Assembly: GCA_047495785.1 (NCBI GenBank)
Contig: JBLDXI010000010.1
Coordinates: 2,356,001 to 2,420,000 of the forward strand
DNA from: Lepidodermella squamata
Taxonomy: Eukaryota; Animalia; Gastrotricha
Reading direction: 5' to 3'
Length of the DNA stretch: 64,000 bases
The translations under genes and the position numbers were made by a program. Shown piece by piece: positions 23,002 through 36,384 of the stretch. The notes beneath the pieces were generated by a model that saw nothing but the letters and a program-made list of their open reading frames with translations, did no database searches and was not told the DNA's origin. Every line of letters starts with the position of its first letter. Positions within the stretch are counted from its first letter, which is position 1.

Positions 23002-23073
23002 TGCCACGGCCTGGAGTCGAACCAGGGTCACCTCGGCCACAACGAGGAATACTAACCACTATACTACCGTGGC
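23002..23073 (-). tRNA. tRNA-His(GTG)
   Basis: CCTCG TTGTGGC CGAGG. Confidence 0.93.
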
Positions 23074-23179
23074 TGATTTCGCGGTTAGGCGATATTTCGA
23101 TCAGCGGGCTCTTGTAACTTACACCAATAGTTGAATCAAAGCCAGCTCAATGATCGCCACGCAGCCTGTAATTGATATG

Positions 23180-23261
23180 GACGCGGTGGCCGAGTGGTTA
23201 AGGCGATGGACTGCTAATCCATTGGGCTCTGCCCGCGAGGGTTCGAATCCCTTCTGCGTCG
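23180..23261 (+). tRNA. tRNA-Ser(GCT)
   Basis: ATGGA CTGCTAA TCCAT. Confidence 0.93.
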
Positions 23262-23322
23262 ATAATACTTTTGCAGGGAAATTTTAATACAGGCATTTTG
23301 ATCTGCTACAGCAAAATGAATG

Positions 23323-23394
23323 CTCCTTGGCAGGGAATCGAACCCTGGTCTCCCGCGTGACAGGCGGGGATACTAACCACTATACTACCAAGGA
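23323..23394 (-). tRNA. tRNA-Asp(GTC)
   Basis: CCCGC CTGTCAC GCGGG. Confidence 0.93.
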
Positions 23395-23983
23395 CTTGCA
23401 TGCGTGTCATAGTCATGGTCAGACGATGTTTACGGTCATTGTAGTAGTTTGAATAGCTAGCTTACTTCCTGCTACAGCAGCCAAAAACTGAGCGTCGCCA
23501 GTAGGATCCAACTTGGGAATCATAAGCAAAGTAAAAAACCGAATATCTCTCAACAAATGCTCTTTTATTTTACAATCTCTTCTCAACAACAGTTTGCCCG
23601 GAAGTGCCAAGATGTAAAAAAACCAAGAAAAAACAAGTCGAAAAAACTTGCTAAAAAACTCTTCATAGTCATGATTGTGAACAAGTGCGCGCGCGAAATT
23701 TCATGCAAAAATGATACAACAGCAGTGACGTGAAGATGAGGTAGCATATCATATAAGGTATTCAGCAGAGTTTATAATTTCAACAGAAGAAAATGAACTT
23801 GTATGTATTCAAAAAATAAGACCAATATCATGATAATATTGCAAATAAGAACGTAAGGTGACATCGTAGAAAAAATGTAGTATAAAATCGTCATCGGAAA
23901 GCTCTTCATAATCTTATTATCAGCAAGATCGCAACAAGTAACCGGTGAAGAAAATCCAAAATATTTACAACAACAAATTCGTT

Positions 23984-26895
23984 CTAAGACTGATTCATGA
24001 AACTTTCATCACCGACAAGAGAGGGTGGAGGTAGGTCGAAATCATCCACAGTTTCATCATCCTCGTCATCTTCGCTCTCGTTTTCGAGCAGAAGCGACCG
24101 AAAAGCGGGTGGCGATGGCCCACTGGAGCTCGATTTCGACCCAGAATTCGACTCTGAACTCGTTTTACCGGGTAAATCCAAAAATTTCGGGCTGCTATCG
24201 TCACGGCGAGGGGTAGAACTGAGCGCCGGAAGAACTGGCGGCTGGTTCGATTGAGATTTCGTCTCGCCGCTGCTCAGATCGGACCCGCCCCGTTGCGCGT
24301 AATACTCCATCATCAACGAGCCGAAAGACGACGACGACGACGTGGAATTCTGAACCGATTTCTGACCGGCGATAACGTTGCTATTCGTGCCGCTCGAGCC
24401 CGTTTTTTCGGTCAAAAGACTGAAATCCTGACGGGACGACTCTTCCGTTAAGGTGGACAGCGCCTCTTTCTGAATCGCCTTCTGTTGTAACGGAGTTGAT
24501 GACACTGAATTCGCTCGGTCAGTCGAAATCAGACCAGTGCTCAGATTACTCGAATTTGCCGACGAAGAAGAAGAAATCGTCGAGGAGGATGTTGATGAAT
24601 TCATGAAAGCTGGCAGCCGTCTCGGGGTGATATCCGACAAAAACGACGAAGAGTGCGATGGCGAGAACACGATTATCGATCGATCTTCGTTCAACCGCTG
24701 GACGGAACTCGGGGCTGAAATCGACCCGCCCGTGCTCAAACTCTGCTGCAGATCGTGCAGTTTCGTCGAAACTCGAAGTGGGGATGCGACTCGAATGTTG
24801 AGCTGTTCCAGCCGTTTCGCTAGGGCTACTCGCTGATCTTCGATTTGGCGGCGATGCGAGTCAATTTTCGCCATTAGCAGACGGTTATGCTCCATCAACC
24901 AGTCGTATGATGACAATTGTGGGCCGGTTTGAGGCTGTTCTTGCGACACCGAAAGCAGCGTCCCGCCGCTTAGTTCTGAGGACGTGTTTTGGTGGTTCGA
25001 TTCGCTCGCGTCTGATGACGTTGTTTCAACTGGCTCGCTGCTTGAGTGGCTTGAGATGACGTCCGAAATCGGCGCTTCTTTGGTCTGAGGACTCTGAGGC
25101 TCGAGAGCGGGTGGTTCAGAGGTCAAGACGGTCTCTTCAGCCTCGCTTTCACCTAAATAAAAACAATCAATTCAATAAAATAACTGAAGAAATTTACGAA
25201 TTATTGAAATTAGCAGCAGCTAATCGCCAAAATGTAGATATTTACAAATTATGAGAATAGAATTCAAAAAATATAATAAAAAACCCAATCGAAATAATTT
25301 TTCAAAGCAATTTGAAAACTTGAAAATAAATATCAATTTTTAGTTTTTATAAAGAATTTTAGGAAATATTTCGAATGTTAACATAAAAATTAATTTTTTT
25401 TACCTGAAACTGAGCTGCGAGCCGCGTAATCCGAGCAAGACGATTCGCTGTCCGGTTTTCGCGTCTGATGATGAACCAGCTCCTCCTCACTCGTAATCGA
25501 CGCCTCCTGCCAGCGAAAACTGGCCAAACTCGACGTCGACGTGCCAACCGCCGACTCCGAGTCCTCCTTAATCGCAGATTTCGCCGGCGAAATCACAGTC
25601 GACGCAATTTCACTATCCTCCGCGCGGAACGACGGCTCTTCGGGCAATTTCGAAACAGCCGCCTTGACGATGGGCTGAAACGCGGCTTCCAGCCGCTGTT
25701 GCTGCGCCTTCTTTTCAGCCTCAACAAAATCAGCACCAACGTACAATTTGCCGCCGATAACGTGCGGCTGGTTGACAACTTCATGCCGGCGCCAGACTTG
25801 CTGCAAAGTCGTCAAATCAGACAGCAATTTCTCGAAATGACGCGAATCCTGCTCCTTCTTCAGCGCCACCTCGCCGCGTTGACGCGCTTTCGCCTCCAGT
25901 TCCTCGCGTTTCTTCCTCAACTCGGCCTCTTTAGCCGCCTCAATCTCCGGCTGATTCACCACAGATTTCGCGGCCTCAATATCAGCCGGTTTTTCGACAA
26001 TCGGGAAAATCATAACAGGCTGCTGCTTCTTCGACGGCTGAGGTGCGTTCGATTTCGGCCTCGCGTCTTCATCGTCATCCTGTGATGTTGTCATTTTAAC
26101 GCGATTTACCGGCGGTTTAGTCGGTTTGTTTTGGTTCCAGCTAGGCTGTTCAACGATTTTCGTCTCTTTCGTGATTTCATCGCATTCGAAGCCCAAGTGA
26201 TACCGCGTTGCCTGGTAAACGTTACTTTCAAGCACTCGGAAAGGTCGACCTAAAAATTAAAAATTTAATAAAATTGATTAATATTTGAAATAAAATGAAT
26301 CTCACGTTTAGTTTCTTCGAGTTCAGCTGCGACTTTTTCGATTTCATTTTTCGGCGGCAACGGGCGAGAAATCACTGCCTTCGTGCGTTCGAGTTCTTTT
26401 TCGAGAGCGTTCTGCTTGATAGCTCGCCGATACGTTTCTTCCTTCAACGATTCGGCTCGCTCAGCTTCAAGACGAGATTTCGCCTCTTCGAATCGAATCG
26501 ACGCCTTTCTCGCACCGTTTCGAGCCTGCGCTGATTTCGCCATTTTCGTCATTTCTTGATCACGAGCGACATACGACGCCTCGTTATAGGCCCTTCCGAA
26601 CTAAATAATAATAACAATAATTAGAATTCACCAAAATGCTTGAAGATCAGTATACCTCTTGTTGGTAAGTGGCTTCGACCTCTTCAGCCGCGCTTTCAAT
26701 CATAGCCATTTGTTTAGCGACCAATTGCTGAAAAACTTCTTCCTCGGCTTCCTTTTGCAAATTCTCGCGGGTGTTTCGAACGCGGTCCCGAATTTTCTTC
26801 GCCGCGTCATTCGCAAGAGATCGCGCCTGTTTTATCCTCATAGCTCGAAGGCGCTTCCTTTCTTCTTGCAGCGAAACTTTTGGTTCAACCAACAT
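23984..26895 (-). CDS. CEP295: CEP295/Ana1-like centriolar protein; exons 26895-26656, 26600-26306, 26249-25404, 25152-23984
   Basis: N-terminal EERKRLRAMRIKQAR, EKELERTKAVISRPLPP, TRYH and KARQRGEVALKK...LLSDL resemble the CEP295 N-terminal conserved region; in-frame GT-AG junctions. Confidence 0.65.
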
Positions 26896-27110
26896 TTTTA
26901 TAGAATCTACTATGAAAAATTAACAAAAATAGTAAAAAAAATTGTTGTCATTTGTTTCGTAGCACGATATTTCAACGCAGCAACATGAAACTAGATTATT
27001 TGATTGGCTATTTAATATGCCATTATTTAACGACTAAATAAAGACGACGGACAAAACTAACAAAATTGACTATTATCTTCAGACCCGTCATGAAATTATT
27101 TTGATAATTT

Positions 27111-30100
27111 TCACCGTTGGTTGTCATTCATATAACTCAGATTGTTTTCAGGCACATAACCGGTAGACCACAGCCGGCTGGCGGAGTGGTCGAGACGGCC
27201 CGGTGAGAGATTAGGGCCGGAGGAACCAGGTGCGGGTCGCACCGGGGTTCGGCCGCTTGAGCGGAACGCGGTCAACAACTGCGGGTCAACGTCGGCTCCG
27301 AGACCGGAAACAGGCGACAGGCGGGGCGGTGTGGCAGGAGCTCGAAGTGGCGACTCTTCTGCGAAAATATTTCGAATAAATTTACAAAAAATATCGAAAA
27401 AATTTAAAAATTTAAATTAAATTAAAAAATCACAATGTTGCGAAAAATATAAATTTTGCAAAATTAAGGAGCAAAACTAATTTTTTTACCGTAAGTGTAG
27501 ACTGTTTGAACGAAATTTGGCTGTCCGATGAGGCCACCTCGGAGTGTCAATTGAACTGCCAGAAGTAGTAGCAGCACAGCAATAACAATGTAGGCGACAA
27601 TCAAAGTCGGTGAGGTACTGCCAAACAAGCGTGAAAACAAATTTTCAGCCGAAAAATCACCCGAGCTGCCGCTTTCCCGCGAAGCAGCTGCTGCCGAGTA
27701 AGAACCAGGCAGCGCCAACGTGACTTGTTGCTCCTGGTTCAAAAACGGAACTTTCACCGTTAGATGGAGCTGATCGACCAGATTCGCTGGGACTTTTCGA
27801 TGGGCGGCTAGTGAAATTTCGTAGACGTAACGATTCGATTGGCCCGAAACCGGGGTCGGTCCGGTTACGGAAATGAACGAAGAATGGCTGGGTTGGACGA
27901 CTAGAGACGGCAAAACGCGATCCGAAGCTGAAATCGTCAAATTCGCGCTCAGAGTCTGAGGATTCAACGCGAGATTAGTCGCCGATAAAAACGCGCTTGG
28001 AACGAATGAAATTTCAGTCGAAGCCCTCTCGTCAGACTGGCCTGAAGTTAGCGATGCATAAACTCGTAGATTAAACTCCTGGGTCGCAAAATCTTCACGA
28101 TTAAGCCCGAAATTATTCGCGGGTTGATAACGAATCTGGCAATGGTAACGAATCAACGGCGGGCTGGTTGCGTCGAAATAGGTTGAAACCGTGAATAAGC
28201 GATGATAGGCATCAGGAGCGGCCAATTCGCAACGAACTGGCAACGGGAACTGGGCTAATTGGGCCGGGTAGAAATTAACCGGGCACTGGCCGCGCATTTT
28301 CGGCGGGTTATGAGCCGCATTTTCAACATCCAACTCGAAATTCAACGAATGATTCGAGGCAGAATCGCTGATTATCGTCTTGTCAGTTCGGAGGAATTCA
28401 ATCCTAGAAACAGGCCGGATTGACAGGACACTCGACGCTCGTAGCCCGTTGGAATCAACGAAAATCGACTCTAGTTGCGAGGGACGCAGCGCCATAGCAA
28501 CGCCTGAATTGCGATCAACGTAGAAATTCGACGGCTCAGAGCTTTGCCACAGCGCATTTGTGCCGTCGAAATTTTGCCGGAAGCAAACCAAATCGCCGAC
28601 ATTGACCGAGCCGGTGAATGGCGAAACAGCCGCCTTAACAACAAGGCTAAGATACAACGGGAAACTCGGGTGAGATTCGCATGAAACAACAGAAACCGAA
28701 TCGGCTAGACTCAAATCGGCGGTTACAGTTTTCGGCGTGCCTGAGGCTAGGTAAAACGTAACTGCATCACGGCGGTTAAGGCGGCACTGCAGATTTCCGG
28801 AAACAGCGTCGAATTTACGCCCGGATTGCGTGAAATACTCCAAGTCGAACAGCATTGACCCGCCGAAAGGCAGTCCAGTCATTTTTGACTGTGGAATCAA
28901 GTCTCTCGTCGTGTTTTGCTGGCGAATCGTAATGTACGAAAAATGAGGTTTTACATCGAAAGAAAGCGAGAGAAAATCGTTGGAAGAACATTTTGCGACG
29001 TAATTAGCATGACCAGGTGTGCGGCCGACGAAACTGTTGCCAGGTCCGAGGGAAATCGGGCTGTTTTGCTGGTCCAAAACCGGGATATTCGACCCATTTT
29101 TACACGAAATTGACGTCAAGTCGTGTTGGAGGGAATATTTCGGGCTGCCAAATGGGCAATTGCCACTGACAGGCAAGTTCAACTCAGACCCAACTGAAAC
29201 AGTAAAAGGCGACTGGACTCTTCCGATTTTGAACGGCTGCAGCACTGAAATCGTTAGTGATGAGGTCAAATTGCGGAAATTTGGCGAGGCAGGCCGAGAA
29301 ACTTGAGCATTAATGACGAAATCGCCCGGGGTTAAAGCGCGGAAATACACGGTAAAATCCTCATCCAGCGGCCTGGTATACAATGGGCCGAAAAACGGCG
29401 ATAGCAGATCGATTTTCGGGCCACTAGGCGAGACAGACCACGTGAAAACCAGGGGCGGGTTGGCAGTACCGAAACCAGCCGGGCTGAAATCGAAATTTTT
29501 CGACGATTTCAAATCGTCCTCCTTCACGCCGAAAACTGTCACTGGAACCAGGGAATTCGTTTCAATTTGAGTTGATGGACTAGCAAGGTGAATTCCGGTC
29601 AAATGGCGGACTTCAACGCTGAGAGATGGCGTCAAAATTTCGACGAGAGAATTTTTACCGAGTCGAGCGGCCAATGGGTCGTTGTCGTACAAAACAGCCT
29701 CGAGTTTCGAGTCACCGTGCTTCAAGCCGTGGATCAACCCGGAATTTTTATCCAGGCTAATCGAGTCCGGATTCGGGCCGATAAATCGGAAGGTAACCGA
29801 CGGCTTTGGCGAAATAGAAACCGGACCGCCAACTATCGACAACTGGTACTGAGCTCCGTCCATTAAAATCAATTTCGGACTAGGGCTAATACCCACCGGG
29901 TAGCAAACTTCGATGGAAAAATCTTCGGGCGAAGTCAGCAGAGATTTCGACGCAACGCCAGACGCGGTGAAAACCAGTTTCGCTAAGCCGGCGGATTTGC
30001 CCGTGATTTGGAAAATCGCGATATCGCCGATGAAATTTGCGGGCGTCACCGAGATTTTCTCGTCAGAATACACGGGCTTCAGCCCGATTGACGGGTACAA

Positions 30101-33100
30101 GTCGGCGGGCAATTGGTGTTGCCCGGACGCGTCCATAGCAACAACGCCAATGCTGAATTGCTCGTCGATTGCGATGAATTTACGCGAAATGATCACCAAT
30201 TTGTCAATACTCAGGACTTTAACCTCGGCGAGTAGGTTTTTCGGGGTCAAACCGGGCCTCGCACACAGGTCAACGGCTTCGACTGAAAAAATGCCGTTGC
30301 CGTGAGGGTTCATCGCCAGTGTTTGGAAGTCCGATTGAATAGTCGATGCGACTCGGTCGTTGACTAACGAGCGGTCTTGAATGTTGAACTGGAAGTAACC
30401 AGACCCGCCTAGGACCAGCAATTTTTTCGTCGCGGCCGGAATTGTGAACAGAACAATCTCAGTTTCACTCAAATGCGCGGGTTCAACGATTTTCAACGCT
30501 AAATTGCTCGAAATTTTCGCGGTTTTCAGCGCACTTTTCTCACGATATCCGGTCAATTCGACGAGAGCTGAGTCGGAGCCGGTTGTGGCAGACGACCTCA
30601 GACTGATCAAATTTTGTTTCGATTTCACGTCGAAAAACAAATCCGTGCATTGATTTGCGCAAGAAACCAGCGAATTTTCAAATGACCATTTCAAATCAAA
30701 CGATGAAATATTCATGAAACGGCGGTGTTTACTGTCGAGAACTGCGACTTGAACCGGGAATGTATCGGAGATAACCACTGGGAATGGCAGGGTATTGTCC
30801 AGCGACGCCGGGCAGGGTGGTCCCTGGGAGCTATCTTGACCCCAAGGAATCGCAAGTTGAATCGAATTCGGTTCAGGGCAAGCCACCTTAACTTCAAGCT
30901 TTTCGTAAACTGAATTGCGGTCGCCCCTCACGTTACCAACGGTAACTAGCAGGTCGAATTCACCGTAATTTTTGCACTCGGCCGAAATTTCTACCAGCTT
31001 CGAATTCCACGAAAATGTGTAGAGTAGATCGTCCTTAGTTGCCGATTTGACCTTCTCAACCCTGACAACATGCCTTTCCCTCTCGGCCGGCCAAACAAGA
31101 GGACCGCCCAGAACGGGCAATCTGACCCGGGTATTTACGGCTGTTACAACTTGGTTAACGCCATATTCCGAGGCTAAATCGAGACGAAGACCGGAATAAC
31201 CCGAAAAAACACCCGAAGCCGGCAGCGGGAATTTGATTTTCAACTCAGAAAAACCTGACCGCAACGTATCCAGCACAACATATGCGCAGTCGAGGCCTTG
31301 ATTCTCAGGGTCGTATTTTGGTGGATTGACACCGACCAGTTTGAAAACATCAGCCTGTTCGTCGATACCGTCTCCGGAATCTTGCATAGGCATTCGGGTG
31401 AGGTCAAATGCAAATTTCAAGGCGGAACAGTTGGCTACTGGGATTTTCTCGCGGCCTCGTATGATGTTGGCGCGAATTCCGACCTGCAACTGACTACCCA
31501 CCAACGCCTCGACTTTCGATTCTGGCGAGAACTCGATTTCCGCAATATCAGCGACAACGCCTAACGAGGTCGCCCAGTGCTTTTGATTACGCTGGTCAAT
31601 CACCTTGATTTCAGCAGTTCCAGGTTCAGTCGCGACAGATCGAACCAGCCCAGTTGAATCAACTGTCGCGATTTTGTTGTCAGAAGACAGGAAGATGTAT
31701 TGTCCAGACCCGCCACTGACTTTCAAATGATAACCGACAAACGTATCAGGGCCGAAAATCGCAAGGGGCAGGCCGAAAACTTTCGGGTAAACAGTAATCG
31801 GCGAGTAAACAACGAAATCCTGAGTATGTTCAAGGCGAGTTTTGAATGTCTTGAAACTCCAATCAGCCGAGACAGGGATACTTCCTTCGCCCGTGTGGTC
31901 TGGTTTAGTTCTGACGTGCCAGATAGTTCCGTTTTTCGTGCTTTGTTTGACCTCGAAAAATTGAGGCGGCAGCACGGCGTTCAATGCGAAAGTATCCGGA
32001 AGAATCAAAACGTGGCCTAAGCGGTCGAGAACATCGATGTGAAACTCGTAATCACGACCGGCTTCTAGAATCCAGGGTGAAGACGCGTGCGGATACTCCA
32101 TTACCGTCATCCGCAGAGAGGCCGGTTTTTCGACGTAAACAAACGAAGAAGGCGGTACGTAATCGTCTTTAATCTGAATGTTTTTGTCAACCAGAGTGAC
32201 GTTCGTGCTGCCGAAGCTCAGCGCTTTGACAGTGGCGGACTTTTCGTCGAATGATGCGATTGAGACATCACCGACAAAAGCCGAGTATTGGCTAGATGGT
32301 AACTGAAGCGGTGATGGACGATTTTGACGGAACATGAAGGCCTTGATGGTAGCCGTGGCGAGAGGCATAAGGTACACTTCGCCAGGCAAAAGCTGAACAT
32401 TCGCTACGACACGCAATTTAACGTGAGTTTCAGACACGTCACGATAAACAGGGTCTTTGATTTTAGCACTGATAAACGCAATGCCAGTTTGGAGGCCCTC
32501 GAGAAGGACAGAGTAACCCCTAGTTCCAGCACTTTCCAGGACAGAAACTTCATCCGGAGCGTCATAAGCCGTGTCAGCATAACGAACCAAACGAATTATT
32601 TGGCTTGGAACAGTGGATGTTGACATGGTTGCCTCGGGATTTGATGAATCAGCAAGAAGGAGCCATTCAAAGGGCAAGCCACCAAGAGTCGAAAAGATGT
32701 TACCTAAAGTAAATAATTATAGCCACGCTATCGGGCATTAAAGATCAATCCTTACCCTCTTCATCCATAGCCAAAACTTTGAAAGGTTCAGGTGAATCTT
32801 CCAAATAAAGCTCTCGTGATTTCGACTCAATCATGATCGAAGTGATTTTTTCCACAACGACATGACATTTAAGGACTTGCCGCGTTTGCAAATTTTCAGC
32901 GAACACCACAGCCATGTTACGGGATACGGTCTGACTTTTGCTCACAACAACAGCTTTTTGAGAGCAAACAGTGTTGTCTGAGCTCCACGCGTCAACGGGC
33001 TCCACGCTGACAACACCTGGTTTAGATGAGTACCATCGGTAACATGTCGACGGATCAGCTTCGGTCACTTCGAGCGTGGAACTAATTTGAATGGTTGGAT

Positions 33101-33203
33101 GGTACGGCAATAGCAATTTCGCAGAAGACAGCTTCTCGCTCGCTACGAAGCCGAAAAACATTGCTCCGAGCCAGAAATGTAAACATAGTTTGAGCAATTT
33201 CAT
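27111..33203 (-). CDS. NUP210: Nuclear pore glycoprotein gp210; exons 33203-32756, 32703-27490, 27358-27111
   Basis: Signal peptide, KLLLPY, CYRWYSS, DEEGNIFSTLGGLPFEW, Ig-like repeats, single TM, C-terminal RLWS. Confidence 0.93.
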
Positions 33204-33544
33204 CTATAGTAACCAACGATGAGATAGACAATTAGCTTCCCGATTTTGAAGGGAGATGGGAGATGCAAGGTGCAATGCGTCAAATTCTAAATTATAGACT
33301 ACTTATAGCCTTAGTCGACAATACTATAATGCCGCAATCAGCTACCAGTTTCCAGGTGCCTGAAATCGTAATTCTCAAGTATTATTACAATTACATATTA
33401 CACTGTGCCAGTTGATTGATTCAAGCTTAATAGCCGAAGACTTGGCTATTTGCCAGAAGAGCGTCCGAGTACCAAGTATTTTGTTGTCATTAAGCAAATA
33501 TCAAACATAAGACATGTTCAAGAGTGAAGAGGGCACTTGAGGGG

Positions 33545-33625
33545 CGTGATTCGCACTTCCGGGTATAGGAGGGCCAAGAAGCTGCTGTAAACACGCACGT
33601 CCATTTTCGCGCCAAAATTTTCAAA
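33545..33625. promoter_or_regulatory. Candidate bidirectional promoter motifs between NUP210 and PTEN
   Basis: ETS-like CACTTCCGG (33554), E2F-like TTTTCGCGCC (33604), CHR-like TTTCAAA. Confidence 0.35.
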
Positions 33626-34507
33626 AGATCCCGCGTGTATTTAATTTGTTTGTCAACTTTTAAAATACATAATGCGTAAAATCATTTAATAAGTCAATTA
33701 AACATAAATACATAAATTTAATATTTGGAAAATAACATTTCAAAATTAATGAAGGGTGTGAGAAGGTAGAGAGTGTTACTGCGGGGATAGATGAACCAGC
33801 TTTTGATGCCCACCCTCGATGCTCTCGCGAGCTCGTTGCGTAAAAGTTAGGTCGGCCTCCAAAGACCAGGAATGCGCTATGACCATGAATGATTGAGCGA
33901 ATGAAATATATCGGAAGCTTAACGTTTGGCGTCTCCCTTTGTTCTGGGAGACATCAAACCATGTACTCATGTTGAACCTTAATCATTAATCAGCTGTTTT
34001 GAGTTCTTGTAAGCTCATTATCCAAATCGTGAAGTAGCGATAGGTGATCATGGTTTTTAAGAATTACAATCTGAATAGTGAATTTATGGTATAGGTGATT
34101 GTCTATTCCTTTACTGCTGAGAACCATGGTTCTTGCTGCTCTGATCTGCCGTATGATTGTGCTGTTCAGTTCAGCTCAGCTCTAGAATTTAGTATTTGTT
34201 ACTGCCACCAACCGTTAACTACGAAAATTCTCAGCTCAGAGCTCAGACCAGTTAATGAACTAGGAGTATGTTCATATTTCATATTTTTTCTATCAATAGC
34301 CTCGAGATACGATGGGAGACATATCACATACATATCGACTGGCTCCGCCAAGCTTTTTGAGTCTACTGACAGACTATTAGCACCCATTCTATTGAACTCT
34401 GAATGTGAATATAATTTTTGTGGATTAGGTGTATCATCGATTTATTGCAATGATGATATGATTTAACGAATCTAATCTTCGAACCTGGAGGTGATTTTAC
34501 CGGAATC

Positions 34508-36004
34508 ATGGCGAATCGGTTGAAGGAGCTTGTCAGTAAGAACAAGCGCCGCCATCGTGAAACAGTGCTTCCAAACTTGAAGTTCGATCTCGATCTGACG
34601 TACATCTTGCCGAACGTCATCGCTATGGGCTTTCCTGCCAGCAAACTCGAGGGCATATACCGAAATCACATTGACGATATTGTCAAGTTTTTGGAGTCCA
34701 AACATCGTGACCATTACAAAGTTTATAATCTTTGCTCCGAGCCAAATCGTCAGTACAACCCTGCAATATTTCAAAATCGCCTATCCGTTTACCAGTTTGA
34801 CGACCATCATCCGCCTCAATTGACTCAAGTAGGCGAATTTTGCGAAGATGTTGAGCAGTGGCTTGCTCAACATCCAGAAAATGTTGCGGCTATTCATTGT
34901 AAAGCTGGCAAGGGTCGAACTGGTGTTATGATTTGCTCGTACTTGGTTCATCGAAAGAAATTTTCTTCAGCACACGACGCCTTAGCTCACTACGACACAA
35001 CTCGCACGCAGAATGGACGCGGCGTTACCATACCAAGTCAGCGTCGTTACGTTCATTACTATGCGTATCTACTGACTAAAAATCTAACTTATCACCCCGT
35101 TCCGCTTATTCTCGACAGTATTCGCCTTCAGTTTCACATGCCCAGCCAATCTGCGCTGGGCGGTGGCCATGTCAGCATGCTTCACCATTCCGGGTCTGCA
35201 TCAAATCACCTTAACCCTGAAGTGGGGTTCTCGTTTTCTAACGTTTTCTTCGAAATAATGGCCGTCGACGGTTCTTTATACTGCTCATCCTTATCACCGC
35301 CAATTGAAGACAGCGCGAATAACGTCACATCTGGTCAAGGAGGTCAAGAAATGCAACCCGAGTCCGAAATGCCTCGTCCTGCCTATACATCGCCAATTTA
35401 CGAAGTTTCAAAGCAAGAGCATGTACACGGGCGCGTACTAATTCAAGTTCAACCGCCACTCATCGTCTCTGGTGACATTCGAGTGAATTTTTACTCTCGG
35501 AATAAAGTTAAGGGCAAAGAGCCGCTATTTCACTTTGCCTTCAACACGTATTTTACTACAATAACCGACCTCGAAAATCCGAAACCGGATACTCAGTCGC
35601 AATGCCCGTGTCCGATTCACAGTTTAGCGACGCAGATAGGCGAGGATGAGGACGCGGCTGATTACCCGATAATTCTCAAATTCTCTAAAAATCAACTCGA
35701 TAAAGCGTGTAAAGATTCTGGCCACAAAATCTTCCCGCCCACATTCGAAGTCGCGTGCATTCTCTCGCTGCCGAATGCCAATGTCATGCAGAGTTTGCCG
35801 GCGTCGTTCGGTGCCGCGAAATCTTCTCGCGAGAAAAGCGATGAGCTCAACAGCAACGCCTGCGGGTGTTCTTACACTACCGAGGAAACTAACGTTCTTC
35901 CGAGTAACGACGCGTCCTGCATGGAACTGGACGCGATTTCTAACAACAACAACAATAATAACAATAATAGCGATTCGAGTTCCAGTGCCGGAAGTCCTGT
36001 ATGA
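34508..36004 (+). CDS. PTEN: PTEN lipid phosphatase, intronless CDS
   Basis: VSKNKRR, FDLDLTYI, IAMGFPA, HCKAGKGRTG active site, GVTIPSQRRYV, C2 domain FHFAFNTYF/LDKACKD. Confidence 0.97.
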   Translation: MANRLKELVSKNKRRHRETVLPNLKFDLDLTYILPNVIAMGFPASKLEGIYRNHIDDIVKFLESKHRDHYKVYNLCSEPNRQYNPAIFQNRLSVYQFDDHHPPQLTQVGEFCEDVEQWLAQHPENVAAIHCKAGKGRTGVMICSYLVHRKKFSSAHDALAHYDTTRTQNGRGVTIPSQRRYVHYYAYLLTKNLTYHPVPLILDSIRLQFHMPSQSALGGGHVSMLHHSGSASNHLNPEVGFSFSNVFFEIMAVDGSLYCSSLSPPIEDSANNVTSGQGGQEMQPESEMPRPAYTSPIYEVSKQEHVHGRVLIQVQPPLIVSGDIRVNFYSRNKVKGKEPLFHFAFNTYFTTITDLENPKPDTQSQCPCPIHSLATQIGEDEDAADYPIILKFSKNQLDKACKDSGHKIFPPTFEVACILSLPNANVMQSLPASFGAAKSSREKSDELNSNACGCSYTTEETNVLPSNDASCMELDAISNNNNNNNNNSDSSSSAGSPV

Positions 36005-36384
36005 TTTGTAATTATAAGTGATGTCAGAGAAACGAGCTATTTTTGTATGTTTTTTTTTCTTGTTTGAGGGAGAAGGAATGAGAACCTATCAAAATCTTAG
36101 AGATCGAACTCTTTAGATTGTGTCAATAGCTTGCATGGTTTTCGTCTAACGTACTTCTCTTCTTCTTTTGTTTAATTTCCAGATAATAATACTAATAATT
36201 ATGTCATCTAAACAAAGAAATAATTTGTCTAGCCCCTTTTTATATCATTGTCTGGCGATATGCGATGCGAGTGAAATTGAATGTTGAAAAAGCAGAAGAA
36301 ACAAATTATTTGTGTTAAAAAAAGCGAAAAATATATTAACTACTGTTGTCTCATTTTTTCTTAGGTCTATTATTTGAAATAATT

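Noticed and set aside
34454-34507. PTEN-L style non-AUG N-terminal extension
   Set aside because: In-frame TGA at 34454 leaves only 17 upstream codons
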